From positions 744 through 64,743 of the forward strand of contig CAMHAV010000002.1 in NCBI GenBank assembly GCA_946182865.1: a DNA stretch of 64,000 bases, read 5' to 3'. The notes beneath the pieces are model-generated. The model did not search any database, was not told where the DNA came from, and was given only the letters and a program-made list of their open reading frames with translations. Shown here one piece after another: positions 61,941 through 64,000 of this stretch. Source of the stretch: an uncultured Clostridia bacterium (GTDB lineage: Bacteria; Bacillota; Clostridia; Oscillospirales; Acutalibacteraceae). Made by a program: the position numbers and the translations under genes. Within the stretch, counting starts at the first letter, position 1; every line of letters starts with the position of its first letter.

Positions 61941-62429
61941 GATCGTGATAATAACTCTCTGATTCGGTTTTGCATTGATTGTTCCAGTGTTTGAATCGCT
62001 GTTCCGTTATAAATATCCCTCAAGTGCTAATATAAACTATCACCTATTCCTGATAAATCGCAAGAATTTTATATTATATTCAATCATAGATCAATGTATT
62101 TTACAATGTATCTTCCATAAAAAATCCCCAAAAAAACAATACTCATCATTTTTTACTTGATCATTGAATCCATAATGAAAAAAAACACTCTCAAATCCCA
62201 CCAATTTGCGCTTCTGAATGCACAGTAACGAGCAGTAAACACCAAATAAACACCAAAACCCTTTAAAAAGCCATTTTCAGGCAAAAGAAAAATCTCAGAA
62301 ACGCCGAATTCATGGAATGGCAGTACAAAAAAGAGGCCGATTGGTTTTATGGCCCGATAATAATGTTATCCCAAAAAAGCGGTGCCATGTTTTTGATCCT
62401 ATTATTTTGCCAATCCCCTGACGCAGCTT

Positions 62430-63104
62430 TCAAGACCTTTGGAAATGATGACAGGTAATCCTATTGATTTCTCTGATGAAGTCCGTACCATCAAAGCTTT
62501 GCATGATCACTGCTTTTTCCCCGTATTGAATCAGATACGATGGCAGCGAGCGGATGCCAAGACGGCGTGTGAAGGCCAGATCGTCAGATAATGCCGCCTC
62601 TCCGCTGCCGTTCCGGTAATGTTCAACAAATGCGTTTTCATCGAGTCCGGCCTTGCGAACGATTCGCAGTATCTCATCGAAATGCGTTGTCGGGCGGCAT
62701 TCCGGTACCGTGGCGTGACGCAGTTCGGTGAGAAAATCATTTGCCTTGTCGGGTGCTGTGAGCTGTGCGGCTTTGTAGGCGAGGCAAAGCGGCTGGGAAC
62801 TGCGGTGTTCAGCGTCGAACAGGCGAAAGCCGTCCATATGGATCGGCAGACCTCCGATGGATTCCTCCCTTTTGTAAATCCGGGCAAGTCGCCCGCAATA
62901 ACAGGCGATTCCCTTCTCCGGCTCCAACGCAAGCTCCTCCGGTGTCATAAAATCGGAAACGTCGCGCACGAGCAGACTCATCACATAACGAATCTCGATG
63001 TTTCCTGCGTATTCCTTCCGGAGCCGATCCATTATCGGCTCGCTTTCATAGGAAAGTCCCATCATCGGATCGGTGAAAACGGTCAGAATGATCTTGTTTT
63101 CCAT
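62430..63104 (-). CDS. DsbA-like thioredoxin-fold protein
   Basis: Start trimmed to MENKIILTVFTDPMMG, with GGAGGTGA upstream. Its layout resembles DsbA/2-hydroxychromene-2-carboxylate isomerase-like proteins, but there is no CxxC at the usual position (it reads DPMMG). Confidence 0.55.
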   Translation of the reverse strand: MENKIILTVFTDPMMGLSYESEPIMDRLRKEYAGNIEIRYVMSLLVRDVSDFMTPEELALEPEKGIACYCGRLARIYKREESIGGLPIHMDGFRLFDAEHRSSQPLCLAYKAAQLTAPDKANDFLTELRHATVPECRPTTHFDEILRIVRKAGLDENAFVEHYRNGSGEAALSDDLAFTRRLGIRSLPSYLIQYGEKAVIMQSFDGTDFIREINRITCHHFQRS

Positions 63105-63108
63105 ACCA

Positions 63109-63471
63109 TCACCTCCACATCTTCCGGTCGATGAACCGACCGGCAACGCCCCAAGCCGTGATGTCTTCGTATTTGATATATACACGGTCCGGCTGTATCC
63201 CCAATACTTCCGTAAACGCTCGCGTGATCTCTGAGGTGAATCTGTCGTATCCGTAGTGATTCTCACCGCCGAAGATGGCTGCCTCGACATAGGCAATTGG
63301 GGAATCGTTTTCACCGCGAAGCCATAGGTGGCATTGATCTTCAAATACCAGCAGCAGATATTCTTCACTCTTGCCGGGGACAAATTTGATCGCTTTTCCG
63401 AAGTGCTTTTTCAGTTCGATCTCCTGTCCGGCAGTTATCTCACAGCTTGCCTTTACTCGGATGAACGGCAT
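63109..63471 (-). CDS. tautomerase-superfamily (MIF/4-OT-like) protein
   Basis: Start trimmed to MPFIRV, which would leave Pro1 after Met removal. About 120 aa. The ATGA overlaps the upstream gene's stop. Confidence 0.55.
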   Translation of the reverse strand: MPFIRVKASCEITAGQEIELKKHFGKAIKFVPGKSEEYLLLVFEDQCHLWLRGENDSPIAYVEAAIFGGENHYGYDRFTSEITRAFTEVLGIQPDRVYIKYEDITAWGVAGRFIDRKMWR

Positions 63472-64000
63472 CACTCGCACCTCCATTCCTCCAGTTGTTG
63501 CAGAATCACATCCGCGACCTCCTGATGCTTCCTCTGGTAAGTGTGTCCTGTGTTTTCGATAAAGACCAGCTTGTTCTGCTCTGCTGTCGGCATATGCGCG
63601 TTGAGGTTACGCAGAAATTCCGCCGGGTCGCCGTCGGTGAAATTGTCGTAAGTGCCAACGAGCATGCCTCCCGTGTGCGTGATCTTTCCGGCTTGGGAAA
63701 AGTTGCCGTTCTTTGATGTATGAACGTTGTTGAGCAGTCCTGAGAACTGCCAGTCATATGCGGTGTTTGCGATGCACTCTACCCAGCCCATGAACGGGAA
63801 GGGAAGCATTTTGTCTCCGTTACCGCGCTCCACCTGCGTTTTAATGATCTGCTTTTCACGGTCTGTCACATGGGACATCATGTGCGTAAGATTGGCCGGA
63901 GAAAGCAGAAAGAAATGTTCCACGCGCTCGTCGTGATGACGGGAGAGATAATAGATCACCTTGTTTGCGCCAAGGGAGTGTCCCGCAAGGATAATGTGTT
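63471..64000 (-). CDS. alpha/beta hydrolase, 5' end outside window
   Basis: The frame stays open to the window edge. The upstream codons read HIILAGHSLGANKV (GHSLG nucleophile elbow). Confidence 0.7.
   Translation of the reverse strand, partial: HIILAGHSLGANKVIYYLSRHHDERVEHFFLLSPANLTHMMSHVTDREKQIIKTQVERGNGDKMLPFPFMGWVECIANTAYDWQFSGLLNNVHTSKNGNFSQAGKITHTGGMLVGTYDNFTDGDPAEFLRNLNAHMPTAEQNKLVFIENTGHTYQRKHQEVADVILQQLEEWRCE

Noticed and set aside
61772-62023. Listed 83-aa minus-strand ORF in the AT-rich island
   Set aside because: It has no RBS and no recognisable family. A different frame over the same DNA gives a more protein-like antitoxin-type sequence, so the region is probably decayed.
1-64000. 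tRNA, rRNA, tmRNA, RNase P and CRISPR arrays
   Set aside because: I found no cloverleaf-like GTTCGAATC/T-loop contexts, rRNA-like conserved blocks, or repeat-spacer arrays on either strand. This was a by-eye scan only, so small RNAs could have been missed.

Overview
The window looks like chromosomal DNA from a spore-forming, Clostridia-type Firmicute. GC is moderately high by eye (not computed). The gene content resembles Oscillospiraceae/Ruminococcaceae: spoVAC, recD2-comFC, pntAA/AB/B, proBA, glgB, GH53.

I can support about 57 protein-coding genes, most of them housekeeping. I recognised no rRNA, tRNA or CRISPR array. Mobile DNA is present only as relics: an IS3-family fragment near 25.3 kb, an Rpn-like fragment near 9.3 kb, and an AT-rich island at 61.5-62.4 kb.

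Recognisable modules:
- An SPFH / zinc-ribbon / TPM trio resembling B. subtilis YdjI/YdjG/YdjH.
- A receiver-less LytTR regulator with a DUF3021-like membrane protein and an ABC-2 exporter.
- A transglutaminase-like / DUF4358 / MBOAT / DHHW envelope cluster.
- ilvA-ridA-HAD, and a galactan/hexose block (GH53, manA, phosphohexomutase, glgB).

The most unusual signal is not a gene. It is a dispersed family of strictly 7-nt-periodic arrays built from a small vocabulary of heptamers: GCCGTTA/CGTTAGC, AGTGTGA/AGTGGGA and CACTNAC. The arrays sit at or on stop codons in at least five same-strand gene junctions. One carries 11 in-phase UAG triplets (UAG-N4) and ends in a perfect terminator hairpin made of the repeat units. 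I cannot assign these arrays to any repeat or RNA class I know.

All functional calls rest on motif recognition by eye; no database search was run.
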